Shown here piece by piece: positions 9,540 to 19,040 of a stretch of 64,000 bases of DNA. Source of the DNA: Candidatus Latescibacterota bacterium (GTDB taxonomy: Bacteria > Latescibacterota > UBA2968 > GCA-2709665); the NCBI GenBank assembly GCA_965219455.1, contig OZ244744.1, forward strand, positions 3,104,001 through 3,168,000, read 5' to 3'. The position numbers and the translations under genes were made by a program. Every line of letters starts with the position of its first letter. The first letter of the stretch is position 1. The notes under the pieces are model-generated. The model made no database searches, was not told where the DNA came from, and saw only the letters and a program-made list of their open reading frames with translations.

Positions 9540-11087
9540 TCAATCCAGGCGTGCCGCGTGCGGCTCTCGCCCGTTTGCAAGCGCCAGTTCGTAGCAGGCG
9601 GCCTCGCTGTCCGTGCGCACCAACAGATAGGGTGTGGCAAAGGCCGGGGGATTCCAGGTTTTGCCGTTGAAGGCCGTCATGCGCGCTAGTTCTACGTGGC
9701 GGTCGGGGCGAGCCTCGACCAGTATCACGTCGCCCGATTCGCTCATTATCAGAAGGACATCGTCTATCAGGATGAGCTGGCCGTGGCCGTAGCGCCCGCG
9801 CTTCCAGCGACGCTTGCCGTCTTGCGGGTCGAGGCACACCAGCACCCCATCGTCGAGGCCATAGACAAAACCGTCGCGATAGACCATGTTGGCAAATTTG
9901 GCCTTGATCCGGGGGCTTTTCCAGACGATATCGGTCGTCAAGCCGCCGTTGGGCGCGGCATTCACTTGATACAGCCTGGCTCCAATGCCATAGCCGGTGG
10001 AGACCAGAACCCGGTCCCCGGGCAAGGGCAGGGGATTGGCAATGCATTCGGTCCGATCCCATGGCTGACGCCAGAGGGGAGCTCCGCTCTGCGGATCGTG
10101 CGCGACAACGCTGTGGTTGTTAAAGATCAGGATCTGCTCGCGTCCAGCCAACGTGACCAGACGCGGCGAGCTGAAGCCGGCCTTGTCTGTGCCCCCACCC
10201 CAGACAAATGCGCCGTTTTGGCGGTGATAGGCCACGAGCGAGCGCTCATCCGGGCCTCCGGCACTGACCACGACCAGGGTGTCGAGGACCAACGGCGAAC
10301 AGCTAATGCCCCATATATGGGCCTCAGCCTGGTTGTCGGCGAGAATGTCCCGCGACCAGATCAGCGCCCCGCTGGCCAGATCCAGGCAATTGAGGATGCC
10401 AGTAGCGCCCAGCGTGAAAACCCGGTCTCCAGCGATGGTGGGCGTAGCGCGCGGACCGACGCCGGCTACGGCGGTCTCGTAGCGAGTCGAATCGGCGTGT
10501 TGCCAGAGCTTGCGGCCCGTTGCCAGGTCGTAGCAGACGACCTGCTCCTCGGAGCCGTGTTGCTCCTGGGTTACGGCCCGGCCGCCGACAATGGCAAACG
10601 AGGACCAGGCTGCGCCAACGGGGCGACGCCAGATTTCGCGCGGCGGGTGCCTGGTCCAGTCGCGCTCGAGGTGGACGCCGCGGAGGCGGTTGTTGCGCTC
10701 GGGGCCGAGAAATTGCGGCCAATCGCGGGCGTCGAGCGCGGTCGCGTCTCCTCCTTCGACCTCGGTGGCTTCGCCTTTGGTGCTCCAACGCCATTCGAGG
10801 ACCGGTACGAAGTCGCCGCTCATACCCTTAATGCGAATAAGTCCAATACCAAGCGCAATGACGAGGACGGCACCGCCGAAATAGCGCAGACGCCGTCCCC
10901 AGGCCAGCCGCGACGCGAAGAGCAACCAGAGCAATGCAAAGAAAATCGCGAGAATGAAGGTGGCCATGCTGCGCATGACCTGTTGCTGGCGATGGGGGGC
11001 TTCGGGCAACCAGATCAGCAGGAGCGCCAGGACGACGATGCCTCCGAGCAGATAGAGAGGCCATAAGCGAGGGCGGGTCGAGGACAT
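9540..11087 (-). CDS. PQQ-like beta-propeller protein, copy 2
   Basis: Start moved to MSSTRP (ATG 11087, GGAGG upstream). Near-identical to 4738-6282. Confidence 0.85.
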   Translation of the reverse strand: MSSTRPRLWPLYLLGGIVVLALLLIWLPEAPHRQQQVMRSMATFILAIFFALLWLLFASRLAWGRRLRYFGGAVLVIALGIGLIRIKGMSGDFVPVLEWRWSTKGEATEVEGGDATALDARDWPQFLGPERNNRLRGVHLERDWTRHPPREIWRRPVGAAWSSFAIVGGRAVTQEQHGSEEQVVCYDLATGRKLWQHADSTRYETAVAGVGPRATPTIAGDRVFTLGATGILNCLDLASGALIWSRDILADNQAEAHIWGISCSPLVLDTLVVVSAGGPDERSLVAYHRQNGAFVWGGGTDKAGFSSPRLVTLAGREQILIFNNHSVVAHDPQSGAPLWRQPWDRTECIANPLPLPGDRVLVSTGYGIGARLYQVNAAPNGGLTTDIVWKSPRIKAKFANMVYRDGFVYGLDDGVLVCLDPQDGKRRWKRGRYGHGQLILIDDVLLIMSESGDVILVEARPDRHVELARMTAFNGKTWNPPAFATPYLLVRTDSEAACYELALANGREPHAARLD

Positions 11088-11729
11088 AGGTACTATACGC
11101 CTCCGGTGACGGTCTCCAAGCGGACTCAATCGCCGCTGGTGACCGAGCGGGCAATGGCGGCCATGGCCCGCATCGTTTGGGTTCCATCCTCCACATCGGC
11201 CCCAATTTGGGGCCGTAGCCCAACACGCCAATAGACAGGACTTGGCGGTCTCTGTTCACGCACTTTCGGTGGGCAAAATGGCGTAGGCTTCGATTTCGAC
11301 GACCAGATGCGGCTTTAGCAGCGCGGCTATGACAACAAGGGTCGAAGCCGGAAAAATCTTGCCAAACACCTCGCGGTGAGCGCGGGTGACGCCATCAGCG
11401 TGTGCCAAATCCGTGATGTACACGACCGTCCGCACCACGTCTTCGAGGCTGGCACCGGTCTCGTCGAGAGCTTTGGCGATGATCTGCAATGCGCCCCTGG
11501 CCTGCTCGTAGGCATCGCCCTGGTCGTCAGGCGGCTGGGCGCAGGTGCCAGCGACGTGGACGTGGCGGTCCACGCGCACGGCGCGCGAGTAACCGAATTC
11601 CGCGCCAAATGCGCCTCTGGTAGCTATGTTTTTTCGTTTCATGGGTCTCCTTTATCCATGGCTTCCTCGACCGCCGCCCACACCTCCATGAGGGCCGCCA
11701 ACGTGCGCTCGATATCCGCGTGTTCGCAT
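9571..11729. repeat. ~2.1-kb direct repeat, copy 2
   Basis: Matches 4761-6886. Confidence 0.95.
11256..11642 (-). CDS. RidA/YjgF-family protein, copy 2
   Basis: Paralog of 6413-6799 with the same motifs. Confidence 0.9.
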   Translation of the reverse strand: MKRKNIATRGAFGAEFGYSRAVRVDRHVHVAGTCAQPPDDQGDAYEQARGALQIIAKALDETGASLEDVVRTVVYITDLAHADGVTRAHREVFGKIFPASTLVVIAALLKPHLVVEIEAYAILPTESA

Positions 11730-11739
11730 TCAATGGCCT

Positions 11740-11835
11740 TGATCTGGTCGGGCGAGGTGTTGACGCAATGCAAGCGCAGGCGCCGCCACCAGGAGTTTTT
11801 GCAGTTTCTCAACCATATCCACCAAGACGTCGAAG
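11740..11835 (+). mobile_element. IS630-family transposase internal fragment
   Basis: GEVLTQCKRRRRHQEFLQFLNHI resembles the IS630 'G.V...C..RHRH.EFL.FL' motif. Confidence 0.65.
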
Positions 11836-11903
11836 CCCTTCCTCTGGACGGACACGGCAGATTCCATCCTCCAGAAAATCCAGGTTGAGTTATGCCTCGG
11901 AGT

Positions 11904-12662
11904 TCACTCCACGTCCAGGATGTAGCGCGCCAGCGGCAAGAGCCGTTGCGCGGTTTCGGGCCGAAGGTACTGGCGCTGGTTCGTCTGCTGCGGGTGCTCG
12001 CGGGCGATAAAGGCGCAGTGCAGGGTGCGGCGGGGGGCGTCGCTGAGGTTGCGATATGAGCTGTGCAAGAGGCTGCCGTTGAATACGGCGACCGAGCCGG
12101 CGCGTCCAGTTAGTTGTACTTGATCCGGATGATCGGCCAGGGGATCGGCTACGTGGTCGGCGATTCTGCCGGGTTTGCGGTGGCTGCCGGGGACGCAGCG
12201 GGTCGCGCCGTTGACCCGGGTGAAATCGTCGAGCATCCACATGGAGTTGACGACGTGGTACGGTCCGCCAGGCGCGGTGGGCTGTCCCCAATCCGCGTGC
12301 AGGCCCTGTAGCCCGCTGCCGGGCAGTGGATCGTGCCCGTTGAGCGAGTGCAGCTTGAACGGCCGCTGCAAGACGTGAAAGACCGCCGTCAGCAGCGCTG
12401 GTTGCAGGTACACGGCGTCGAAGACCGTCCCCTTGTTGACCAGGTCGGCGAGGCGGCGCACGCCGTCCATCTGGGCGACCTCAGTACCGGCTTTGTCGCC
12501 CTCGAGGGCAAAGATCGCGTCAAAGGCATGGCGCAACCCGGCCAGCCAGTCAGGCGCGATGACGCCTTCCAGAATGACGAAGCCGTTGGTGTCCAGCGCG
12601 CTGTATTGCGCGGGCGTCAGCGACTGGGGGACGAAGCCCCTTTGCAACAATTCACTGTCCAT
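11904..12662 (-). CDS. PhyH-family Fe(II)/2OG dioxygenase
   Basis: Start MDSELL (ATG 12662). GFVILEGV, QGLHADW, NGATRCVPGSH, LLHSS. Confidence 0.9.
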   Translation of the reverse strand: MDSELLQRGFVPQSLTPAQYSALDTNGFVILEGVIAPDWLAGLRHAFDAIFALEGDKAGTEVAQMDGVRRLADLVNKGTVFDAVYLQPALLTAVFHVLQRPFKLHSLNGHDPLPGSGLQGLHADWGQPTAPGGPYHVVNSMWMLDDFTRVNGATRCVPGSHRKPGRIADHVADPLADHPDQVQLTGRAGSVAVFNGSLLHSSYRNLSDAPRRTLHCAFIAREHPQQTNQRQYLRPETAQRLLPLARYILDVE

Positions 12663-12709
12663 AGCGGATGTTCCTCGTGTTCTGTCACGGAAACAGATTG
12701 TCGAAAATC

Positions 12710-12950
12710 GACCGACCAGAAGCAGCAAAAACAGCTATCAGCTCTCAGCCGACAGCTTGAATCAAAAACCCAATCAGTTGACGTCAGCGCCGTGACCTCT
12801 CCCCTCTGCCCCCTCTCCTAAAGGAAAGGGGGAGGGAAAACGGGCGATGGCTTGTCAAGACATTTCACCTGGATATTTTCAACCATCGAAATGTTGCCAA
12901 CCATTGACAGTTCAGCCTTCCTTCAGGAAGGGGGATAGGGGTAGGTCTCG
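12710..12950. repeat. Modular intergenic repeat, copy A
   Basis: AGCTATCAGC heptads, TTGAATCAAAAACC, TTGACGTCAGCGC, CCCCCTCTCCTAAAGGAAAGGGGG, CCTTCC..AGGAAGGGGG..GGGGTAGGTCTCG. Recurs near 26.1, 34.6, 37.3 and 59.7 kb. Confidence 0.85.
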
Positions 12951-12957
12951 TCCTCAC

Positions 12958-13083
12958 TCCCGTCCGGCGACGTTTATCATCGATAGACGCGGCATAATCA
13001 CATACACGTACATCGGATCGAGTCAGTTTGATTTAGCCGAACAGGAAGAAATCTTGGTCCACCTGGATTCGCTGACGCCATGA
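12958..13083 (+). pseudogene. 3' fragment of a second peroxiredoxin-like copy
   Basis: RPATFIIDRRGIITYTYIGSSQFDLAEQEEILVHLDSLTP matches the C-terminus of 3768-4361, including TGAGGTCCGA at the stop. Confidence 0.85.
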
Positions 13084-13181
13084 GGTCCGATGTCTTCAGT
13101 TTTGAGCGGAAAGGAAATCCTCGTTTGTCTGTCCCGCACCCACGACTTGTACGCAACTCGTCAATTTAAGGGGTAACGAAG

Positions 13182-13481
13182 ATGTACAAAGACATAATCA
13201 GTTACGAGTTGGCAGAGAATATCTCGGAGGAACATCTATTGAATGTTGCCGGTGATGTTCTGGAGAATTGGATGAGCAAACAGTCAGGATTCAAAAAGTG
13301 GGAGATTCACCGGAATAGTGATGGAGGTTATACCGACATTGTTTACTGGGAATCAGAGGGCAACGCGAAGGATGCACAAGCAGACATGGTGAATATCCCA
13401 AACGCTACTGATTGGTATTCTTGCTATGAGGAAGGTTCAATTTCCAGCAAGAATCTCAATCAGGTAGCAACTTTCAAATAG
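13182..13481 (+). CDS. Small dimeric alpha+beta barrel (ABM-like) protein
   Basis: WMSKQSGF..WE, YTDIVYWES. AT-richer than its neighbours. Confidence 0.65.
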   Translation: MYKDIISYELAENISEEHLLNVAGDVLENWMSKQSGFKKWEIHRNSDGGYTDIVYWESEGNAKDAQADMVNIPNATDWYSCYEEGSISSKNLNQVATFK

Positions 13482-13565
13482 CAGGGGTCCGCCAGGAAAT
13501 CAATCCAAATCCCGCGTCGGCGGCTTGATTTCCAAAATATAATTCAATCTATCCAGGAGACGTCT

Positions 13566-14336
13566 ATGCTTTCACAGGAGCAAATGGCGCAGTATGACCG
13601 GGATGGGTATGTGCTGGTGTCGGGCTTAATTCCGGAAGAGACAATCGCCAATGCGGAAGCTGCGATGTGGTCCGTACTCGGGATGGACAGGGACGATCCG
13701 GCTTCGTGGTCTCCGTTGCCGGACGATACGGATGGGGTGACAACAACCGTCAGCCAGGGGGTGATTGAACATTTCGGGGTTCAGGATCCCGCGTTGCTGG
13801 CTTGTTGTACTCCCGCATTCTACGATGTGCAGAGCCAACTGGCCCGGGAAAATGCAGGCGCATTTCACTGTCAGAAACCACAGCCTGAGGCCGTGTGGGC
13901 ACGCAGTGTATTTCCGGTTTCGAAAGGCTGGGACTATCACAATGGGCATGCCGATGGTGGACATCGGTCCTTCAATGTCTTTCCCGGGTCATTCCGCGTA
14001 TCTTCCCTGACCTATCTCGATTCCGGTGTTGCGCAGGGCGGTGGTACCGCGGTCTGGCCAGGGGCCCACCGGAAACTCAGCGAGGCGGCGGTGCGTGACC
14101 CTGGCCGGTATCGAATGCTGTCGGATTTAAAGAACCCGCAGCAGAGGTTCGATCTGGGAGAGCCTGTTGAGCTGACGCCTTCCCGGGGAGACGTACTGTT
14201 TTTTCATTATCTTTTGGTGCACGCCGGATCTCTCAACACAAGCAACAAACCGCGTTTCGCCCTCCGGTGGATGTGCGCCTGCGACACCTGCCGCATCTGG
14301 GAAAAATACGGCAAGTGGAATATCTGGATGCCGTGA
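13566..14336 (+). CDS. PhyH-family dioxygenase
   Basis: AGGAG RBS; YDRDGYVLV, GHADG, GGGTAVWPGAH, GDVLFFHYLLVHAG..N...PR. Confidence 0.9.
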   Translation: MLSQEQMAQYDRDGYVLVSGLIPEETIANAEAAMWSVLGMDRDDPASWSPLPDDTDGVTTTVSQGVIEHFGVQDPALLACCTPAFYDVQSQLARENAGAFHCQKPQPEAVWARSVFPVSKGWDYHNGHADGGHRSFNVFPGSFRVSSLTYLDSGVAQGGGTAVWPGAHRKLSEAAVRDPGRYRMLSDLKNPQQRFDLGEPVELTPSRGDVLFFHYLLVHAGSLNTSNKPRFALRWMCACDTCRIWEKYGKWNIWMP

Positions 14337-14393
14337 TGGTGGCGTATGGACTAGGTGCAATGTTTCTGGGAACGTCCCGGAGCGGCCTCGGTA

Positions 14394-14550
14394 TAGTGCT
14401 TAGTTGCATTATTTCCTGTCAAAACCTATAATGGGGGCATTCCATTCCCCGTGAGCCCAATCTAGTTGACGGAAGAAGAACGCACCACGCTGTCGCAGCG
14501 GACGCGGCCGGGTCCACCCAGGCGGTATGTCGTGGAAAGCGAGCGGCGCC
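14394..14550 (+). mobile_element. IS630-family left end with decayed transposase N-terminus
   Basis: TA-flanked end TAGTGCTTAGTTG, then VSPI*LTEEERTTLSQRTR, like the IS630 'L.EEER..L....R' start, with a stop and frameshift. Confidence 0.55.
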
Positions 14551-14787
14551 TCATCGACTTGGTGTCCCAGCCGGCGCCTTGCTGGCGGAAACTACCCGCC
14601 GGTGTTGGTCCATTACGTGTGGAGCGTGTTGCGTCAGCATAGCATCCTTATGCGGCGACGACGGTCCCGTGAAGGGAGCGCCCATCTTGAGTTTTCGGCC
14701 AAGACCGCCGATTTCGTTGGGATTGTACCTTCGAGCACCAAGTGACGTCTCTTTCTCGGACGAATCAACCGAAGGAGAAAAATCACA

Positions 14788-16311
14788 TTGGCATCATACG
14801 ATTGGATCGACCTTGAGGCCATTGAAGGCTACGACCGTCTCATCCAAGTGCTTGACCCGGAATTCGATCCGAAGGGAATTGCAGAGAGACTCAGGTCTCA
14901 AGTCACCGATGCTGCCAAAGGCGTGCTTGTGGAGCACGGGTACGTCGACAAGGACTATCGGAGTACGTTCTATAACTTCTATGCGAAGATGGGCCGTCAG
15001 TACCGAACCGATTGCGTCCGACTGCATTTCTTTGACGGTTTCGTTCAATATAAGGAAACCCAAACTGACATCACCTGCAGCGACGGCCGTCTGCAAGACC
15101 ATTACTACGGATACATCGTGTTGAGACCAACGATCGTCGCCACTTTGGGGCGATCCGTGCTCTCTCCAGACATTCGTTTAGGCGCGCGCGGCAGAGCGAT
15201 CCAGTCCCTACACCACGTCAACCTGCTTGGTCATCGACTCCCCGTATGGGGTTTCCCGTCGATGGCTCAGCATGTTGACATCGCGGTCTGCGCTCATGTG
15301 TCGTGCTGGGCCATTCTCCGATATTACAGTGAGACATATTCGCGACATAGGGAGTATCTCGTCCACGACGTAACAAAGCTCGTCGCCCCGTTCGACCCTG
15401 GCGGATTGGTGCCGTCACTTGGCTTCAATGTCTTGGAAGCTGAACGTGTATTTCAGGCGGCTGGCTGTTTCCCGGTGCTCGTCGGCAAGCGTAATTCCTC
15501 TTCCGATGGGGCGTTTTTCTCCCAGTTGCTTGCCTATCTCGAATCGGGTTTCCCGTTGTTCGTTGCCATGCCCAGCGAGACCCACGCCGTAGTCATCGTC
15601 GGCCACAATTGGAAGCAAACCGCAATACCACGGCAGGCTTCGTCATCGCATGTCTGGACGCAAGTTGAAACACTGCTGACCGTAGACGACAACCTGCTTC
15701 CCTACGCTACCGTTCCGCTGTACTCGCCCGGAACTCAAGCCGGACAGCCGTCGTATTCCGCCGACTCGTTCGACGCGTTTATCGTTGCACTGCCTGACAA
15801 AATCTACTACCCCGCCGATGCTATAGACGCCTTGAGCCAGCGGGTCGAGGGATCCTTGGCGCGCGCGCGCGGACCAAGCCAGGAGCCGCTCGAGTTACGG
15901 CGTTATTTCATCACGACGGTCTCCAATCTTCGTGAGCACGCAAGCAACCACCGTACGAATCTCGGCGACGGCCTCGTCGGTCTATTGATGCATCTAGACA
16001 CGGCTAAATTCGTGTGGGTTGTCGAGTACTGCAGTGTCGCGCAATGGCAAGCCGGGCACGTTGCCGCAAGGGCGATCGTAGACGCTACCGCTAGTCCAAC
16101 GGACAAAGTGCCGATCTGGTTGCTACATGATGAGGAAGTGGCGCACGTCTTCGATCGGACGTCGGCAGAGATGAACCCCACGTCCATCCGCCTCAGTCGC
16201 ACTAACCTCGGACTTCTACCACGGATCGAGCTCAATCTGCGCCCGGTCCACGAATCACCGGCATCCACGAGTACGAGCGGAGGAGCCGCAGAAACTGGAG
16301 GAGACGAATGA
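14788..16311 (+). CDS. Papain-fold (C39-like) cysteine peptidase-like protein
   Basis: Q-x5-C (MAQHVDIAVCAHVSCW), HAVVIVGH and TVDDN in the expected Gln/Cys/His/Asp order. AAGGAG before the TTG start; no signal peptide. Confidence 0.7.
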   Translation: MASYDWIDLEAIEGYDRLIQVLDPEFDPKGIAERLRSQVTDAAKGVLVEHGYVDKDYRSTFYNFYAKMGRQYRTDCVRLHFFDGFVQYKETQTDITCSDGRLQDHYYGYIVLRPTIVATLGRSVLSPDIRLGARGRAIQSLHHVNLLGHRLPVWGFPSMAQHVDIAVCAHVSCWAILRYYSETYSRHREYLVHDVTKLVAPFDPGGLVPSLGFNVLEAERVFQAAGCFPVLVGKRNSSSDGAFFSQLLAYLESGFPLFVAMPSETHAVVIVGHNWKQTAIPRQASSSHVWTQVETLLTVDDNLLPYATVPLYSPGTQAGQPSYSADSFDAFIVALPDKIYYPADAIDALSQRVEGSLARARGPSQEPLELRRYFITTVSNLREHASNHRTNLGDGLVGLLMHLDTAKFVWVVEYCSVAQWQAGHVAARAIVDATASPTDKVPIWLLHDEEVAHVFDRTSAEMNPTSIRLSRTNLGLLPRIELNLRPVHESPASTSTSGGAAETGGDE

Positions 16312-16508
16312 ACCAAAAGCTCAAGGACTACTTGGGGAAATTCAGCCCGGCAACAGAGGACCAAACCATGCTCGATGACTTGCGCCAAGAGATGGAACAA
16401 GCCGTCCCGGAGATCGCTAAGAGCATCCGAGAGCGTGAGGAATTGGCTGCCGAATTACGAATTGCCGCATCAAAGCCGTCTCAGTCCGACAAGGACAAGC
16501 AGGATTAG
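16308..16508 (+). CDS. Small coiled-coil hypothetical protein, translationally coupled to the peptidase
   Basis: GGAGGAG RBS and ATGA overlap with the 14788-16311 stop. Confidence 0.65.
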   Translation: MNQKLKDYLGKFSPATEDQTMLDDLRQEMEQAVPEIAKSIREREELAAELRIAASKPSQSDKDKQD

Positions 16509-16864
16509 GGATCTGACGACGGACGCTTAAGCCTCTCGTACGCTGTAGTGATGATGGCCTCCAACGCATCGGCGCCGTGCTCATCGAGGTTCGGGTCTGC
16601 ACGGAGCAACCTCGACACCATGGCAACCGGTTCAGCGTCGTTCTTCGGTGCGGCCGTGAAATCCACGGGGTTGAGGCCCGACCACGCGCAAAGCGCCGTT
16701 AGGCTGGCGGCATCCGGTTGCCGCCCCTTCGACATCCTGGACAACGTCGACTGCGAGACACCTGTCTGCTCGCTTACCGCCTTCCAACTGATATCACGGG
16801 CCGTCACGGTAGCGCTTAGTGCCTTGTAGAAAGCTTTAAAGTCGAAGTTCAGACGCTGGGTCAT
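16505..16864 (-). CDS. XRE/Cro-C1 helix-turn-helix regulator (CapH-like)
   Basis: ISWKAVSEQTGVSQSTLSRMSKGRQPDAASL HTH followed by a C-terminal helical domain. Confidence 0.85.
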   Translation of the reverse strand: MTQRLNFDFKAFYKALSATVTARDISWKAVSEQTGVSQSTLSRMSKGRQPDAASLTALCAWSGLNPVDFTAAPKNDAEPVAMVSRLLRADPNLDEHGADALEAIITTAYERLKRPSSDP

Positions 16865-16958
16865 TATTGGCTGTTTCCCTTATGGTCGCAGGCCGGATGA
16901 TGGCACACTCTCGATTGATCCAGCCCCGAACGATTGACGGAGCCCCTTGGATACCACG

Positions 16959-18326
16959 TTATCCCTCCACTACCGGAAGTTCGAGCGCGTCACCCATGGC
17001 CAATCTGTGGACGCATTCCCTACATTCCGGATCACGACGCGGAATTACGCGTTGCGCCTTGCCGCGATGAAAATGGAAGTGCTGATAGGCTGCTTCTACT
17101 TCACCGGTTCGGAGCCCCAGGAAGTCGAATAGGAAGTCATTGACCGCATGTGCAGCAGCGACAGCGTTCAAGGTAATCACGCTAGGGTTGGCTTCCTGAA
17201 CTCCGTAGGCCTGTTCCTTGCGTTCCCTGTCCGACTTCGCCTCGATCGCCAGCTGCGTCGGATCAATCAGTCCGTTGCACCAAAGGCAGCCGGTGCCTGG
17301 CCTGATATGTCGCACCGCACACATGGCATCTTCGAGCTTGCCGCGATACCCTCGCCGTATCTTTGCACCCATTTGAATCGTAGGAATGAGATACTGGTGG
17401 GCAAGAGCATTGACGACGAGCCGGGCTCGCATGGAGTCTGCGGCCAGGAAGATGAAGTCACAATCGCGCAGAATCTGGGCGACGGACTGACGCGAAACGT
17501 CGGCGGCGACCGGATGCATCGTAGCATCAATCGCCATCTCGCGTGCGTGACGAATCGCGATCTGGGTTTTGAGTTGGCACGTTTCGACGTCAACGCGGGT
17601 CGCGCCAACCACACGAGAAAGGTTGCTGCTCTCAATCTCATCCGGATCGATGAGTACGAGGTTCCCGACCCCAAGTCGCGCAAGGTATTCCGCCACTAAT
17701 GAACCAACACCGCCGAGCCCAATGACAGCTACCTTGCTCGCTTTCAGGATCTGCTGTCCAGCCGCGCCGAACATACGTACTTGGCGATCATGCTCGCCGT
17801 TCGACCCACGCGCTCGGCGGGGTTTGGTGTAAAGCCTCGTAATCTCGTCTCCGACGATACGATAGGTCCCGAGAGATCGACGGCCGCCATCCGGCAGCCA
17901 GATATCGGCGGCGACCGAGCGTCGGCCATACACAAGTGCGCCAATCGGGACTCCGCGGCCAATGTCGAGGAGCGCGGGATAACCGCGCTCGTGGGATTCA
18001 ATATCGACGCGGCTGAAATCGACACGCCGACTGCTTCCGTGATTGTGGACAGCAAGGTAGGCTAAGCCCGAGTCCCGGCACTGGAGGATCTCGCGGTGAA
18101 TGAAGGTTGGAGACAGCGCTCGGTAGCCGTATTGGCCCGCGACGTAGTCCGTTCCAAACTCCGCCGGCTGAACATGCTGCACCAACAGGCGCATGTAAGA
18201 CCCGTTGCGCACGACGCCGGCGCGCAGGATTGCACCGTACTCGTCCCGGTCGCCGGGAAATAGGTGCTCCATGATTCGCTGGTGATTCTCGGAAGTCACC
18301 AGGATGTCGCAAGATTCCCGCGTCAT
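16959..18326 (-). CDS. JAB/JAMM peptidase fused to ThiF/E1 adenylyltransferase (BubCD-like)
   Basis: True start MTRESC (ATG 18326, ATGA overlap with the E2 stop), 455 aa. JAB: E..HNH-x8-S-x2-D. E1: GLGGVG, DPD.IESSNLSR, AADS..AR, and Zn sites CLWC and CREC. Confidence 0.9.
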   Translation of the reverse strand: MTRESCDILVTSENHQRIMEHLFPGDRDEYGAILRAGVVRNGSYMRLLVQHVQPAEFGTDYVAGQYGYRALSPTFIHREILQCRDSGLAYLAVHNHGSSRRVDFSRVDIESHERGYPALLDIGRGVPIGALVYGRRSVAADIWLPDGGRRSLGTYRIVGDEITRLYTKPRRARGSNGEHDRQVRMFGAAGQQILKASKVAVIGLGGVGSLVAEYLARLGVGNLVLIDPDEIESSNLSRVVGATRVDVETCQLKTQIAIRHAREMAIDATMHPVAADVSRQSVAQILRDCDFIFLAADSMRARLVVNALAHQYLIPTIQMGAKIRRGYRGKLEDAMCAVRHIRPGTGCLWCNGLIDPTQLAIEAKSDRERKEQAYGVQEANPSVITLNAVAAAHAVNDFLFDFLGLRTGEVEAAYQHFHFHRGKAQRVIPRRDPECRECVHRLAMGDALELPVVEG

Positions 18327-18709
18327 CGGAGTTCCTCCAGGAAATGCAGTACTTTGACGAACTTGGCCACCGCCGTCTGAGGGTAGTTTTGAGTTTGATT
18401 GTTGCGCCTGGAAACCTGTAGGGCGGGTCGGTCGAAGAATTGGGCACCGGCAGTAACGGGCGGCTCGAAGGCCACGCCGTCCAAGCGACACACGTTGTCG
18501 CCGATGAACATTGGGTAAATGTCGGCGTATGGATAGAGTGGCGAGATATGGCCCCCTAGCCATGTGGACGAAGGATTATATCGTTCCCCAATGTTGACGG
18601 GTTCGACGACAACGTATGCGCCCCCGCTCCCGTCCTCCCGACTGCTTACATCCGAAGTCGGAAACGCCCGCTTCAGTTCCTCGATCGCGCTAGCGGCATC
18701 CTGCTTCAC
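18323..18709 (-). CDS. Prokaryotic E2/UBC-fold protein (Prok-E2 family E, BubB-like)
   Basis: YPYADIYPMF loop and LQVSRR motif, with Ser at the usual catalytic position. Lies between the Ubl and E1 genes. Confidence 0.7.
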   Translation of the reverse strand: MKQDAASAIEELKRAFPTSDVSSREDGSGGAYVVVEPVNIGERYNPSSTWLGGHISPLYPYADIYPMFIGDNVCRLDGVAFEPPVTAGAQFFDRPALQVSRRNNQTQNYPQTAVAKFVKVLHFLEELR

Positions 18710-18730
18710 GGTGTGTCCTAACTGATACGG

Positions 18731-19000
18731 TCAGCTGTTATCGTCCGCAGCGATGGCGGTGAAGGCTAGGTGTTCGGTCAACAGAACTTTGTCGTCGTTT
18801 CCGATCACCTTGCTCGATCCGTTCGGCAGTTGGACCTGCAGCACGAAGTTCAGCTGAATGTTGACATCCTGCTTGATGGCGGCCTCCTTAATCTCAAGTC
18901 CCGTCGCTGGTCCGGCAGGCATCGCGACCTTGTGGTCGTTGACTTCAATGGTAACGGTCTTGAGGCGAATGTCCTCTACCACAGCGTCTTTAGCTGTCAT
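18731..19000 (-). CDS. Ubiquitin-like beta-grasp (multiubiquitin-domain) protein ending in DDNS
   Basis: Start MTAKD (ATG 19000, AAGGAG RBS), 89 aa: VTIEVND.KV, TGLEIKEAA, F.L, IGNDDKV.L...F. Confidence 0.8.
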   Translation of the reverse strand: MTAKDAVVEDIRLKTVTIEVNDHKVAMPAGPATGLEIKEAAIKQDVNIQLNFVLQVQLPNGSSKVIGNDDKVLLTEHLAFTAIAADDNS

Positions 19001-19040
19001 TTCTCTCTCCTTATGAAGATGGGTGTATGTTTGTAATAGA

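Noticed and set aside
4972-11066. Long plus-strand ORFs 4972-6255 and 9696-11066, and similar antisense ORFs at 23954-25657, 30765-32810 and 59771-61018
   Set aside because: They are shadows of well-supported genes on the opposite strand in high-GC DNA and have no motifs.
14670-14787. Possible IS256-like left end supplying the RBS of the peptidase gene
   Set aside because: The resemblance rests on recollection only, and I see no transposase sequence or matching inverted repeat.
16959-18326. ThiF/MoeB as a thiamine or molybdopterin biosynthesis gene, or as CBASS Cap2/Cap3
   Set aside because: There is no Gly-Gly sulfur carrier, cofactor gene or CD-NTase nearby; the context is Ubl-E2-JAB.
18327-18563. 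79-aa N-terminal extension of the E1 ORF in the track
   Set aside because: It overlaps the E2 gene in another frame; the ATGA-coupled start at 18326 is more plausible.
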